IMG/VR virus record: IMGVR_UViG_3300025151_000021
Reading direction: 5' to 3' (one strand)
Length of the DNA stretch: 64,000 nt
Origin: an uncultured virus (IMG/VR IMGVR_UViG_3300025151_000021)
Lineage: Duplodnaviria; Heunggongvirae; Uroviricota; Caudoviricetes
This document shows positions 50,901 to 59,668 of this stretch, piece by piece (within the stretch, counting starts at the first letter, position 1; every line of letters starts with the position of its first letter). The notes under the pieces were generated by a model. It was given only the letters and a program-made list of their open reading frames with translations, had not been told where the DNA came from and did not search any database. The position numbers and the translations under genes are program-made.

Positions 50901-51517
50901 GTGGAAACTACCTGAGCATTAGTGGACAAGCAATCACAGTTGACCCAATAGACATCTCAGACGATACAAACCTGACTGCTGGAACAGGGCTGACCCTAAG
51001 TGGAGATACGTTGAATGTAGATGCAGCACAATCAGGAATAACAAGTGTTGGAACACTATCATCACTTACTGTATCAGGAGACTTAACTGTAGATACAAAT
51101 GCATTACACGTTGACTCTACGAATACAAGAGTAGGTATTGGAACAACCTCACCGGGTTTCAAACTACAAGTAAACGGTTCATTCGGTGCTACAACCAAGT
51201 CTTTCGTTATACCACACCCAACTAAGCAGGGAAGAACGCTACAACACGGCTCTCTTGAAGGACCGGAACATGGTGTGTATTACAGGGGAAGATTAGAGGG
51301 GAGTGTGATAGAACTACCTGAGTATTGGACAGCATTAGTGGATGAGGATACAATCACAGTTCAACTAACACCAAACGGTGATTTCCAAATGCTATATGTA
51401 GAAAAGATAGAAGACAACCAAGTGTTCGTGGCTAATGCAGCAGATGAGGGTGTAGACTGCTTCTACATAATACACGGTGAAAGGAAGGACGTAGGAAAGA
51501 TGGAGGTTGAATACTAA
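44909..51517 (+). CDS. Long tail fibre 1 (2202 aa) with internal repeats and chaperone-like C-terminal domain
   Basis: IADDA(I/V)TxAK repeats, APxALxTLNELAAA repeats, TDTNTQL..VxDIVGAM repeats; C-terminal KSFVIPHP..LEGPE..LPEYW. Confidence 0.85.
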   Translation: MTTTTNPGLITTVSTSLSSLDSAQLKDGVDNIHSGIIKSLQIATGENRALSGFGLTQVDGGSTTSFQVATGTILRAGKLVSVSGATLTTTNSTIGAGSVDWYGVIVVNSSNALAWRSGSVTGKANNTTSTVAELSAGDIPVIIVKIATGVDDDVTNRPHQYVGYTQTDRAFSAIATSAETLRIKTNGTVLKAGNTGEISFPSVGSSARTLATTNDIASLGTGNLADDAVTAAKLASNAVVTASIVDGNVTTDKIADDAVTFAKMQHTTTNNRLLGAATAGAIGEVQVATDMIADDAVTSAKIADTTIVTGNIANEAVTLGKIQNIANDTVLGNVSGGSANAIELSATQLRTLINVENNADVTNTARVKTALNADMGGNFTIGNQSDDTATFSGHLTVGGNLTVSGTTTTVNSNTVNIGDSIITLNSDATGSASEDAGIEVERGDDANKTLIWDESAGRWTVGSETFVAGTFIGNVTGTVSSATALANARNFALSGDVTASAVSFDGTGNVTLSTALAGNTVNTAELVDNAVSEAKIAGNAVTSAKIASSAVSTVKIADDAITTAKIADDAITTALIADDAITSALIADDAIVSAAIADGAVTNAHLAGSIAQAKVTNLTSDLSGKEPSLTISEGLDRTGSTLKVDIDSLSVENAIHLTNDFIMYDDADAGLRKINLSNIFGKLQASDIPSLAASAIGSGTFDTARIPNLAASKIDSGTFATARIADDAITFAKLQNVGTSVLLGRTTSGTGAVETLSASQARTLLNVDTAGTDNSTDVTLAGSRDYLTLSGQAITVGEIDISDDTNLVAGTNISLSGDTLNVDTDLANYSNTNSGFLTAHPTISNAASSVNNSGRTYIQDITLDSNGHIIGIQSATETVTDTQYSVGDGGLSQNNFTDILKTKLDGIAANANNFTLPIAESDVLGGVKIGSNLTINAGTGVLSADTQSDVNFTSALNSKLAGIATGATAGADFASNVSNISVTNAQLAGSIANSKLANSSVTVNGSTVALGGSITLTTANVAEGSNLYYTNERVDDRVNDLITDGEGITTTYDDSSGTLTIDAEDATASNKGVASFASADFDVSSGAVTVKSGGISNAQLAGSIANSKLDDIAQSKVTGLVSALAGKVGSLSDLSITATATEINALDGIPATLTATEIGFLDGVTSAIQTQLDAKQASGNYLTTSSTITSLSGISAFDTDLTSVSGFHDSVPSAKAVKAYVDLTSFDANDTQYVFSVEDTDVSNTKKLKLTGTDGSATSVNFEGTGSVTVSRINERIIIDSSTQPVNAVSYSGNTLTLTKTDSSTITATIPDATTSAHGLMTDDQFDKLAGIETAATADQTAAEIRTLVESASDSNVFTDADHTKLNAIETGATADQTASEIRTLVESASDSNVFTDADHTKLDGIAASANNYSISSDLLDEDDMASNSATKVASQQSIKAYVDAEVAGVISSAPAALDTLNELAAALGDDANFATTTSTSLGNRLRVDTNSQGLSATQQSNALTNLGITASLAEINILDDGLSASDIPSLAASKITSGTLGTDRIPSLATSKITSGTFANARISEGSVTQHQAALSITESQISDLQSYLTAPRSITAGGNTLANNETLAFTAGSNISISESGGAVTIASTDTNTQLTTEEVQDIVGAMVSSNTETNISVTYDDTGGKLNFASTDTNTQLTQEQVEDFVNGLIVAGTNITKTYDDSAGTLTIASSGKTQEEIEDIVANLVVAGSNVTKTYDDASGTLTIASTDTNTQLSTEQVEDIVGAMVSSNTETNITVTYDDTNGKLNFSSTDTNTQLTQEEVEDFVGGMLDGTETFISVSYDDTDGNIDFVVPVLDEDDMNSNSAAHLATQQSIKAYVDTEVASLVDSAPGALNTLNELAAAINDDATFSTTVTTALGNRLRVDTSSQGLSGTQQANARTNLNVDVAGTDNSTDVTLATVSNNYLSISGQAITAGTVPVSLGGTGATSASAARSALGVDAAGTDNSTDVTLTGSGNYLSISGQAITVDPIDISDDTNLTAGTGLTLSGDTLNVDAAQSGITSVGTLSSLTVSGDLTVDTNALHVDSTNTRVGIGTTSPGFKLQVNGSFGATTKSFVIPHPTKQGRTLQHGSLEGPEHGVYYRGRLEGSVIELPEYWTALVDEDTITVQLTPNGDFQMLYVEKIEDNQVFVANAADEGVDCFYIIHGERKDVGKMEVEY

Positions 51518-54500
51518 TGGCTAACTCGGACAAGGACATTCTAATTACACCAAACACAGGACAGAGTGCAAAACCAAAGATAGAGGTAACTGGTTTTGGT
51601 AATGCAACTAAAGCAATCGAAGTCAATGACGATGGTTCTTTGACATTCAACTCCACGATAGCAGCAACTTCAGGTTCTGTTGCTGATGGCAATGCTAACT
51701 TAGTCACTGGTGATGCTGTATTCGATTACATAGCCGCACAAAACTTCGCTTCTGCGGGTGCATCTAACTTCGTTGTTGGAGATATCACAGGTCAAGCAGA
51801 GATAACAAGTGGGCTTGCTTCCACTGATGAGTTTGTCATAAGTGATGCAGGTGTTCTCAAAAGAATGGATACATCTGTATTGCAGAGTTATATGCAGAGC
51901 AATCTAACTTTTACCACTAATACAGATACACAACTATCGACGGAACAAGTACAGGATATAGTAGGTGCTATGTTCTCCTCTAACACTGAGACTAGAATCT
52001 CTGCAACTTACCAAGACGGTGATGGTACAATAGATTTGGTTGTTGACGACATGACAGCCAATACTCAGTTGACGACAGAGGAAGTGCAAGATATCGTCGG
52101 TGCTATGTTTACTTCCAATACAGAGACTAGGATATCTGCAACCTATGAGGACGGAGATGGGACTATTGATTTAGTCGTAGATGACATGACAGCAGATACA
52201 AACACATTCCGAACTGTGACAGCAGGTGGTAATACATTAGGAGGTTCAGAGACATTAGCCTTCACTGCTGGCTCTAATGTTACAATAACAGAGAGCGGAG
52301 GAGCAGTCACTATTGCCTCAACTGATACCAACACACAGTTAACTCTTCTAGACCAAGATGACATGAGTTCAAACAGTGCTACTGCTGCTGCTAGTCAACA
52401 GTCGATAAAGGCATATGTGGATAATGAACTTGCATCACTTGTAGACTCAGCACCATCTGCTCTCAATACTTTGAATGAACTTGCTGCTGCTCTTGGTGAC
52501 GATGCCTCCTTCTCCACAACAACTGCTACTTCACTAGGAAATAGGCTGAGAGTTGATGTTAGCAACCAAGGACTAAACTCTACACAACAGGGAAACGCTC
52601 TGACCAATCTAGGTATCACTGCTTCCTTAGCGGAGATAAACATACTAGATGGTGGACTTTCAGCAAGTGATATACCAAATCTAGCAGCGTCTAAGATTGA
52701 TTCAGGAGAATTCCCAACTGCTAGGATTGCTGATGATGCTATCACAACGGCTAAGATAGCAGATGACCAAATAACAAATGCTCTGATGGCTGATGATGCT
52801 ATTGATAGTCCACAACTTGCTGACGCTTCAATAGATGAAGTTCATTTGAATGCAACAAATACTGCTGTAGATAACTATCTACTAAGTTTCGATGCCGCAT
52901 CAGGTGGTTTTACTTGGGTAGCAGCAGGTTCAGGTGGAGAGAACAATCAGAATGCCTTCAGCAATGTAGCAGTAAGTGGACAGACAACAGTTGCAGCCGA
53001 TTCAACCACTGATACGCTAACTCTCGCAGAAGGCTCAAACGTCACCATAACAACAAATGCTAGTAATGACACAGTAACTATCGCAGCAACAGACACCAAC
53101 ACACAACTCTCTACCGAGCAGGTTCAAGACATCGTAGGGGCAATGTTTTCGTCTAATACGGAAACTAGAATATCTGCCACCTATGAGGATGGTGACGGCA
53201 CAATCGACCTTGTAGTAGATGATATGACAAGGAGAACGATAACTGCTGGTGGCAATACACTGGCAGATGGTGAAACATTAGCGTTTACTGCTGGCTCAAA
53301 CGTCACTATCTCAGAGAGTGGTGGTGCAGTTACCATCGCCTCTACAGATACTAACACACAGTTGTCCACTGAACAGGTGCAAGACATTGTAGGAGCAATG
53401 TTCAGTTCAAACACCGAAACGAGAATATCAGCGACCTACCAAGATGGTGATGGCACTATCGACTTGGTAGTGGATGACATGACCACTGATACTAACACCA
53501 ACCAACTCACAACCTTCACCCTAACAGGAGATTCAGGAAGCAACCAAACCATAGCACATGGAAACACGCTAGACATCGCTGGTGGAGATGGTATAGCAAC
53601 CGTTGTTGGGTCAACTGACACAGTAACAGTTGGTCTAGACATAGATGGCATGACGGATATTGGCGCAGCCTTGGTAGACGCTGATTTGATGATTGTAGAT
53701 GACGGAGCAGGAGGAACTAACCGCAAAGCAACAATGAGTAGGCTAAAGACCTACATGCAGAATAATCTGACATTCACAACCAATACTGATACCCAACTAA
53801 GCACAGAACAGGTTCAAGACATAGCAGGTGGAATGTTCAGTAGCAATACTGAAACAGGTATTACAGCAACGTATCAAGATGCAGATGGTACGATAGACTT
53901 GGTTGTAGGGACTCTTAATCAAGACACAACAGGTAATGCAGCCACTGCAACCGCACTTGAAACAGCAAGAAACATTGGTGGTGTCAGTTTCGATGGAACT
54001 GCAAACATCAACTTACCGGGAGTGAACACTGCTGGTAATCAGAATACTAGTGGAACTGCTGCTTTGGCAACAACTGTAACTGTAACAGATAGCACTGCTA
54101 ACACAAACTTCCCCGTTGTATTCCATGATGAGTCAAACGGATTGTTAGACGACACTGGTGCTTTGAGATACAACCCAAGCACAGGGACACTACTTGTACC
54201 TAACCTGAATGTCGCTGGAACAACAACGACTGTTGATACTGTGACTATGGAAGCAGCAAATGCAATCGTGTTTGAGGGTGCTACCTCTGATACTAACGAG
54301 ACAACTCTAACCATTACTGACCCTACTGCTGATAGAACAATCACTCTACCGGATGCTACCGGAACAGTTGCTTTGACTAGTCAGTTATCTGATACGCAGT
54401 TAACAACAGAAGAGGTTCAGGATATAGTCGGGGCTATGTTTAGTTCTAATACTGAAACAAGAATAACTGCGACTTACCAAGATGGCGACGGTACGATAGA

Positions 54501-57234
54501 CCTAGTTGTAGATGATATGACTGCCGATACGAATACAAACCAACTAACCACATTTACACTGACAGGTGATTCCGGTAGTAATCAGACAATTGCTCACGGT
54601 AATACACTCGACATAGCAGGTGGAGATGGAATTGCTACGGTAGTAGGTTCCACAGATACTGTCACTGTTGGTTTGGATATTGATGGAATGACTGACATTG
54701 GAGCAGCGTTAGTAGATGCTGACCTAATGATAGTTGACGATGGTGCAGGTGGCACTAATAGAAAGGCAACAATGTCTAGATTAAAGACATACATGCAAAA
54801 CAATCTAACGTTCACGACAAACACGAACACGCAACTTTCCGATGAGCAAGTACAAGATATTGTAGGAGGAATGTTCTCATCAAACACGGAAACTCTGATT
54901 ACCGCTACATATCAAGATGGTGATGGTACTATTGACTTAGTAGTAGACAATGACCTGTCTAACTATGATAACAGTTCTTCAGGATTTATCACTGCTACAT
55001 TAACTACTGAACAGGTTCAAGATATTGTAGGAGCGATGTTCACTGGCAATACTGAGACAAATATTTCCGCTACATATCAGGATGGAGATGGAACGATTGA
55101 CCTAGTTGGTACTCAAATGACATTTGTTTTAGAAGATGATGATGGCACTGAGGTATCCATATCAGACGCTGAAGAAATTAAGTTCCATAGTGGAAATACG
55201 AGTATAGATATCAATTACTCTGATATATCTCCGGGTTCAGACGCAGACCCATTCGACTTGGATTTCAGAACACTATTCGCTCCTTATCTAAGGACAGATG
55301 ATGATAGGGACTTTGCTCCTGAAGACTTAGACAATACCATTAGAGAACTATCAGGAAGATTCTCAACGAAGACAGGATTAGAGGATGGCTCTACCACTAA
55401 CGCATCTGATTACGTTGATGCCTTGGTGCTAGATACATTCACAGGACATTCAGGTGGAGATGCAAACCTATTGGCATTCGCTAAGAACAGCACAAAGAGA
55501 ATCTATCATTATCGAGCAGACCAAGATGATACTAATTGGGGAACTGCCTCTACTATTGCATACACAAGTGATATTGCAGACCTAACAGTATCAGACTTAG
55601 CCGCAGCCGCAGTAGTCACAGAATCAGAAGGTATTGGTTCAAATGACAACGACACCACTCTACCTACTTCTGCTGCTGTGAAGGACTATGTGGATAACAA
55701 TGCAGGTGGTATAGCCAGTGTAGCAGCAGATAGCACACCGCAGTTAGGCGGAGATTTAGATGTTAATGGTAATGAAATTGTATCAACTTCAAACGCTAAT
55801 ATTGGCATTACACCAAATGGAACAGGGAGAGTAATTATCGGGTCAACCACATCACAACACGATGCTCTATCGAAGTTGACCATTAAGGGAAGTGATGCGG
55901 GGATGCTCATAGAGAAACATGATGATGGTTCAAGCGGTGGTCCTACTCTCGCACTTTACAGATACTCTGCATCCGTTGCTGATAGTGATTTAATTGGTCA
56001 AATCAACTTTAGAGGTGAAGGTTCAACAGGAAACCCATCAACATATATTGCTTTAAGAACGGAAATAGAAGATACCACAGAAGGAACAAAAGACGGTAAG
56101 TTAATTGTTAGAGGATTGAAGAATAACACTCAGACTGAGTTCCTATCAGTTGGTTCCACTGGTGTTAAAATCAATGACTCCTACACACTCCCGACATCAG
56201 ACGGAAGTAATGGACAGGTCTTGCAGACAAATGGCAGTGGTACACTTTCCTTTGCATCGGTAAGTAGTGGTGGTGCTTCTGCTCTCGGTGACTTATCGGA
56301 TGCAGTCACTACTGCTACATCGAACATAGGCATCGGAAGCACTGCTTTGGATTCACTGACAGCAAGCAGTGGAAATTACAACGTGGCTCTTGGTGTTAAT
56401 GCCGGTACAGCAATTACGACTGGTGATAATAACGTAGCCATTGGTTTTGAAGCGGCTAACGCCATATCTACTCAATCATCTAACACTATGATTGGTTTTC
56501 AAGCAGGTAAATCTGCAACAAGCGCACAATCTGTCTATATCGGATATTTCGCTGGATATAACAACCTATCGAATTACAATACAGCAGTAGGTGCAGAGGC
56601 GATGATTACCTATGGTGACAAAACAGCAGAGAGAAACGTAGCAGTAGGTAATGCGGCATTAAAGGTAATTCAAACCGGAGACAAAAACGTATCTGTTGGA
56701 GCATACAGTGGTCTTGCAGTTACAACTGGTAGTGATAACACATTTTTGGGATACGGAGCGGGAGATGTAGTAAACTCTGGTTCAAATAACATATTGTTGG
56801 GATATGAGGCAGGAGATAATATTACAAGTGGTTCTAACAACCTAGTCATTGGTGACTTCCAAGTTGATGTCGCAACAGGCGATGACCAGATTATCATAGG
56901 CAGTGGTGATGGTGGAGTAACTTGGTTGAAAGGAGATTCAAACGGAATCAAGGCTCTTAAGATTAAGGTGAAGTCAGTATCAAGCAACACGACACTAACA
57001 GATGCCCAATCCGGCTCATACGTCTACTGGACAGGAGGTACACTGACTCTACCTGCAACAGCAGAGTCGGGACAGCAATACACAATCATCAACAACACAG
57101 GTGGTTCAGCAACACCAAGTCTAGGTACATCAAACGCTATAGCATCAGGGTGGACTGCTCATGCTGCTATGGCTGATGAGACTGCTAGAACCTACGTCTC
57201 TGTTGCTGCTAACAAATGGATATACATCGGGTGA
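51517..57234 (+). CDS. Long tail fibre 2 (1905 aa) with repeats and YadA-head-like region
   Basis: Many TQLSTEQVQDIVGAMFSSNTETRISATYxDGDGTIDLVV repeats; C-terminal NVAxGxxA repeats. Confidence 0.85.
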   Translation: MANSDKDILITPNTGQSAKPKIEVTGFGNATKAIEVNDDGSLTFNSTIAATSGSVADGNANLVTGDAVFDYIAAQNFASAGASNFVVGDITGQAEITSGLASTDEFVISDAGVLKRMDTSVLQSYMQSNLTFTTNTDTQLSTEQVQDIVGAMFSSNTETRISATYQDGDGTIDLVVDDMTANTQLTTEEVQDIVGAMFTSNTETRISATYEDGDGTIDLVVDDMTADTNTFRTVTAGGNTLGGSETLAFTAGSNVTITESGGAVTIASTDTNTQLTLLDQDDMSSNSATAAASQQSIKAYVDNELASLVDSAPSALNTLNELAAALGDDASFSTTTATSLGNRLRVDVSNQGLNSTQQGNALTNLGITASLAEINILDGGLSASDIPNLAASKIDSGEFPTARIADDAITTAKIADDQITNALMADDAIDSPQLADASIDEVHLNATNTAVDNYLLSFDAASGGFTWVAAGSGGENNQNAFSNVAVSGQTTVAADSTTDTLTLAEGSNVTITTNASNDTVTIAATDTNTQLSTEQVQDIVGAMFSSNTETRISATYEDGDGTIDLVVDDMTRRTITAGGNTLADGETLAFTAGSNVTISESGGAVTIASTDTNTQLSTEQVQDIVGAMFSSNTETRISATYQDGDGTIDLVVDDMTTDTNTNQLTTFTLTGDSGSNQTIAHGNTLDIAGGDGIATVVGSTDTVTVGLDIDGMTDIGAALVDADLMIVDDGAGGTNRKATMSRLKTYMQNNLTFTTNTDTQLSTEQVQDIAGGMFSSNTETGITATYQDADGTIDLVVGTLNQDTTGNAATATALETARNIGGVSFDGTANINLPGVNTAGNQNTSGTAALATTVTVTDSTANTNFPVVFHDESNGLLDDTGALRYNPSTGTLLVPNLNVAGTTTTVDTVTMEAANAIVFEGATSDTNETTLTITDPTADRTITLPDATGTVALTSQLSDTQLTTEEVQDIVGAMFSSNTETRITATYQDGDGTIDLVVDDMTADTNTNQLTTFTLTGDSGSNQTIAHGNTLDIAGGDGIATVVGSTDTVTVGLDIDGMTDIGAALVDADLMIVDDGAGGTNRKATMSRLKTYMQNNLTFTTNTNTQLSDEQVQDIVGGMFSSNTETLITATYQDGDGTIDLVVDNDLSNYDNSSSGFITATLTTEQVQDIVGAMFTGNTETNISATYQDGDGTIDLVGTQMTFVLEDDDGTEVSISDAEEIKFHSGNTSIDINYSDISPGSDADPFDLDFRTLFAPYLRTDDDRDFAPEDLDNTIRELSGRFSTKTGLEDGSTTNASDYVDALVLDTFTGHSGGDANLLAFAKNSTKRIYHYRADQDDTNWGTASTIAYTSDIADLTVSDLAAAAVVTESEGIGSNDNDTTLPTSAAVKDYVDNNAGGIASVAADSTPQLGGDLDVNGNEIVSTSNANIGITPNGTGRVIIGSTTSQHDALSKLTIKGSDAGMLIEKHDDGSSGGPTLALYRYSASVADSDLIGQINFRGEGSTGNPSTYIALRTEIEDTTEGTKDGKLIVRGLKNNTQTEFLSVGSTGVKINDSYTLPTSDGSNGQVLQTNGSGTLSFASVSSGGASALGDLSDAVTTATSNIGIGSTALDSLTASSGNYNVALGVNAGTAITTGDNNVAIGFEAANAISTQSSNTMIGFQAGKSATSAQSVYIGYFAGYNNLSNYNTAVGAEAMITYGDKTAERNVAVGNAALKVIQTGDKNVSVGAYSGLAVTTGSDNTFLGYGAGDVVNSGSNNILLGYEAGDNITSGSNNLVIGDFQVDVATGDDQIIIGSGDGGVTWLKGDSNGIKALKIKVKSVSSNTTLTDAQSGSYVYWTGGTLTLPATAESGQQYTIINNTGGSATPSLGTSNAIASGWTAHAAMADETARTYVSVAANKWIYIG
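53488..54825 (+). repeat. Two copies (53488-53787 and 54526-54825) of a 100-codon module, identical in protein but synonymously recoded
   Basis: Hand codon-by-codon comparison: 100/100 amino acids identical, about 72 codons differ. Confidence 0.9.
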
Positions 57235-57239
57235 TTGAG

Positions 57240-57842
57240 ATGGCTTCGATAATGGTAGGCGTGGCTGGTGTCGCACAGCAACTAAAGACAGCGAATGCTG
57301 CTGGTGGAGGTGGAGGCGGAAGTGGCGCACCAACATCAGTTAGCATTGCCACATCTGCAACAGGTGGAACTGACAATGCGGTATTGGCTGAAGAAGGAGC
57401 AGTCAGTTTTGGTGGGATGGATGTTACTGGTAGTGACTTCTCTAATGGTCAAGGTTCAGTGACTGTTGATATAGCCGAAATGGGTGACGAGTTTCCCGGT
57501 AACTCCGGTCAGGCAACCATCAACTTCTTTGGTTATCTTCGTGCAACCGGAGCAACCAGTTTCTCATGGGATGTAGCGGTAGATACTCTTGCAACAAGTC
57601 TGTCAGCAGGAACAGCAGGAACACAAGGAACTGCGGTTACTACCCAAGATGCCACAGGAAGCCCCGGCTTAACGATAGGTATCAACGAGCAAGGCACTCT
57701 CGTATTCGGTGGGGGTAGAGGTGGCTTGATATTCCCGTCTAATGGTGATGTATTGCAGTTTGTGATAACTGGAAGTGCCACGAATTCAAGTGGAACGACT
57801 AATGCAAGCAATGTCACAGTTAGGTACACCTTTGCATCATGA
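57240..57842 (+). CDS. G/S/T-rich putative fibre-tip/virion protein
   Basis: ATG 57240 after GGTGA; poly-Gly linker. Confidence 0.6.
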   Translation: MASIMVGVAGVAQQLKTANAAGGGGGGSGAPTSVSIATSATGGTDNAVLAEEGAVSFGGMDVTGSDFSNGQGSVTVDIAEMGDEFPGNSGQATINFFGYLRATGATSFSWDVAVDTLATSLSAGTAGTQGTAVTTQDATGSPGLTIGINEQGTLVFGGGRGGLIFPSNGDVLQFVITGSATNSSGTTNASNVTVRYTFAS

Positions 57843-57851
57843 GGTAATAGA

Positions 57852-58400
57852 ATGACAAGAATAGAAGTGAACATACCGGAAGGAACATCAGGCCAATATG
57901 AAGTAGCATATTACAATAGGCAGACTCAATACAGAATGTGGCAGACATACTTGAACATGAAGGCAGAACCCTATGACAATCATACCGTGTTAATCAAGAA
58001 TACTTGTCCTATGCCAATAATGCAGAACTCGCAAGCAGAGTACAATGAACATCAGTGGTTATGGAATAATGCAACAGGTCATGTATTAGTAGGAGGGCTT
58101 GGATTAGGTACGATACATCAGGCTTTGATAGACAACCCAAATGTAACCTCTGTCACTATCATAGAACTAGAGCAAGATGTGGTTGACCTAGTTTGGGAAC
58201 ATTGTGCTAAGGATGATACCTTCAATCTAGTGATAGCAGACTTTGAGACTTGGATACCGCCGGAGGGAAGTTCCTTTGATACTGTATGGGGTGATACTTG
58301 GCTGTGGGACAACGATTTGGATTACAAGGACTACAAAACTATTATTACAAACAAGTATTCGCAATACACTGATAACATAGGATTTTGGGGTGATGAGTGA
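57852..58400 (+). CDS. Class I SAM-dependent methyltransferase / spermidine-synthase-like protein
   Basis: VLVGGLGLG, VTIIELEQDVVDLV, IADFE, FDTVWGDTW. Confidence 0.75.
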   Translation: MTRIEVNIPEGTSGQYEVAYYNRQTQYRMWQTYLNMKAEPYDNHTVLIKNTCPMPIMQNSQAEYNEHQWLWNNATGHVLVGGLGLGTIHQALIDNPNVTSVTIIELEQDVVDLVWEHCAKDDTFNLVIADFETWIPPEGSSFDTVWGDTWLWDNDLDYKDYKTIITNKYSQYTDNIGFWGDE

Positions 58401-58717
58401 TGGCACTGAAGGTAGAGTATGAGACAGAATTTGGAATAACGTGTGATTACGCATATTGCGTCATAGTTGATGCTCGCTTAGATAAGAAGATTGATGATAC
58501 TGAAGATGGAAATGAAGTGAAGTCATTCAACATTACATATCGTGGAAAGGTGTATGCCAGCGACGATGCTTATGAACAAAAGGCATCACCAATCAGTGGT
58601 TTCAATGGTGAATTTGAATTGGACACGACTAACACCAAGACTCAGTATAACTTACTCAAGCAGTGCTACTTACACCTGAAGACTCAAGATGGATTTACTG
58701 ATGCAATAGATTGCTAA
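58400..58717 (+). CDS. Small fibre-associated protein
   Basis: MALKVEYETEFG...CYLHLKTQDGFTDAIDC; last + strand gene. Confidence 0.6.
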   Translation: MALKVEYETEFGITCDYAYCVIVDARLDKKIDDTEDGNEVKSFNITYRGKVYASDDAYEQKASPISGFNGEFELDTTNTKTQYNLLKQCYLHLKTQDGFTDAIDC

Positions 58718-58767
58718 GAAGTGGAAAATTGCTATTCGCTTTCTAAAATGAGCGAAAATTTTTCGAT

Positions 58768-58808
58768 AAAAAAAGGCAAAGTGGCCGAAGGATTATTCCT
58801 CCGACCAC
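58768..58808 (-). terminator. Terminator-like hairpin plus U-tract for the minus-strand operon
   Basis: Minus strand GTGGTCGGAGGA-ATAA-TCCTTCGGCCAC (12 bp with two G-U pairs), then TTTGCCTTTTTTT. Confidence 0.65.
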
Positions 58809-58939
58809 AGTGCTTTACATTCTCTACATCGCCAAATATGTAGAGTCTCTTGTGAACCGATAACTTTGCCCTTTATCCTTTGAGGGATGGTGTCCTCAAG
58901 ACAAGTCGGACATTGTTTAGTTAGGGCCAGTTCGACCAC
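58793..58939 (-). CDS. 48-aa zinc-ribbon protein, absent from the ORF track
   Basis: MVELALTKQCPTCLEDTIPQRIKGKVIGSQETLHIWRCRECKALWSEE; start codon uncertain. Confidence 0.6.
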   Translation of the reverse strand: MVELALTKQCPTCLEDTIPQRIKGKVIGSQETLHIWRCRECKALWSEE

Positions 58940-59075
58940 GCTCGTCGTTAATTAGATTCTCCATGTACTCATCTATGCTTTCTTCAGTATACTTTGAGTT
59001 ACCGAATGCTGCAAAGAACAATAGAGAAACTAGGATAACGAATATAATCCAGCCTAGCCATTCCCAAGGTGTCAT
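58917..59075 (-). CDS. 52-aa single-pass membrane protein, absent from the ORF track
   Basis: MTPWEWLGWIIFVILVSLLFFAAFGNSKYTEESIDEYMENLINDERGRTGPN; TAATG coupling to the upstream gene. Confidence 0.65.
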   Translation of the reverse strand: MTPWEWLGWIIFVILVSLLFFAAFGNSKYTEESIDEYMENLINDERGRTGPN

Positions 59076-59668
59076 TACCACTCAACCTCCAATTCCTTCA
59101 TTATTTCTTCTTCTATGGAAAATCCTTTCACCATCTTGTTTTCCTTTCCATGAATCCATAAGTCATACACTAATTCACAATCCTTTAAACAATAGTCTGC
59201 AACTTCAGAGAATCTACCGTCTTTCCAAACCATAGGAGCATCTGCACTTTCCATGAGTTTATCTGCACCAAGAGTATTCTGAACTAGATTGGACAGTGAA
59301 TATCTCTCACCATACTCCTTGTTTAGAATCCTACTGGTATCTATGTACGCCTTGTCATCTAGGTACTTCTTGATGCAATATATGTCCATTGCATTTTTCA
59401 AGACCGCTAAATCAAAGGATACAATGTTGTGTCCTAACAAGACTCCGTTGTTCTCATGGTGCTTGTCCAAGTCAAATTTCAACTCTGACAAGGGCTTGAC
59501 AGATACGTTTGACTTTCTTATGGACTTGATAGGTTCATCGATATAGACTGTTCCGTGGCTTCCATCCCATGTGCAGACAGTAGATACCTCAAACATATGG
59601 GTATTACCCCAACCCCCAATCTCATGAGAGTAGTTTTTCGTTTCTATGTCTAGGGCTAGAACGTTCAC
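59075..59668 (-). CDS. RNase H-fold (DEDDy) 3'-5' exonuclease
   Basis: LALDIET, LLGHNIVSFDL, YCLKD. Confidence 0.85.
   Translation of the reverse strand: MNVLALDIETKNYSHEIGGWGNTHMFEVSTVCTWDGSHGTVYIDEPIKSIRKSNVSVKPLSELKFDLDKHHENNGVLLGHNIVSFDLAVLKNAMDIYCIKKYLDDKAYIDTSRILNKEYGERYSLSNLVQNTLGADKLMESADAPMVWKDGRFSEVADYCLKDCELVYDLWIHGKENKMVKGFSIEEEIMKELEVEW

Noticed and set aside
45403..56990. Many minus-strand ORFs up to 390 aa within the fibre genes
   Set aside because: Shadows produced by the repetitive A/T/S/D codon content of the + strand genes.
44909..57234. Repeats considered as a CRISPR array or a diversity-generating retroelement TR/VR pair
   Set aside because: They are in-frame protein repeats. 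Differences are synonymous and not adenine-specific, there is no repeat-spacer pattern, and no reverse transcriptase is in the window.
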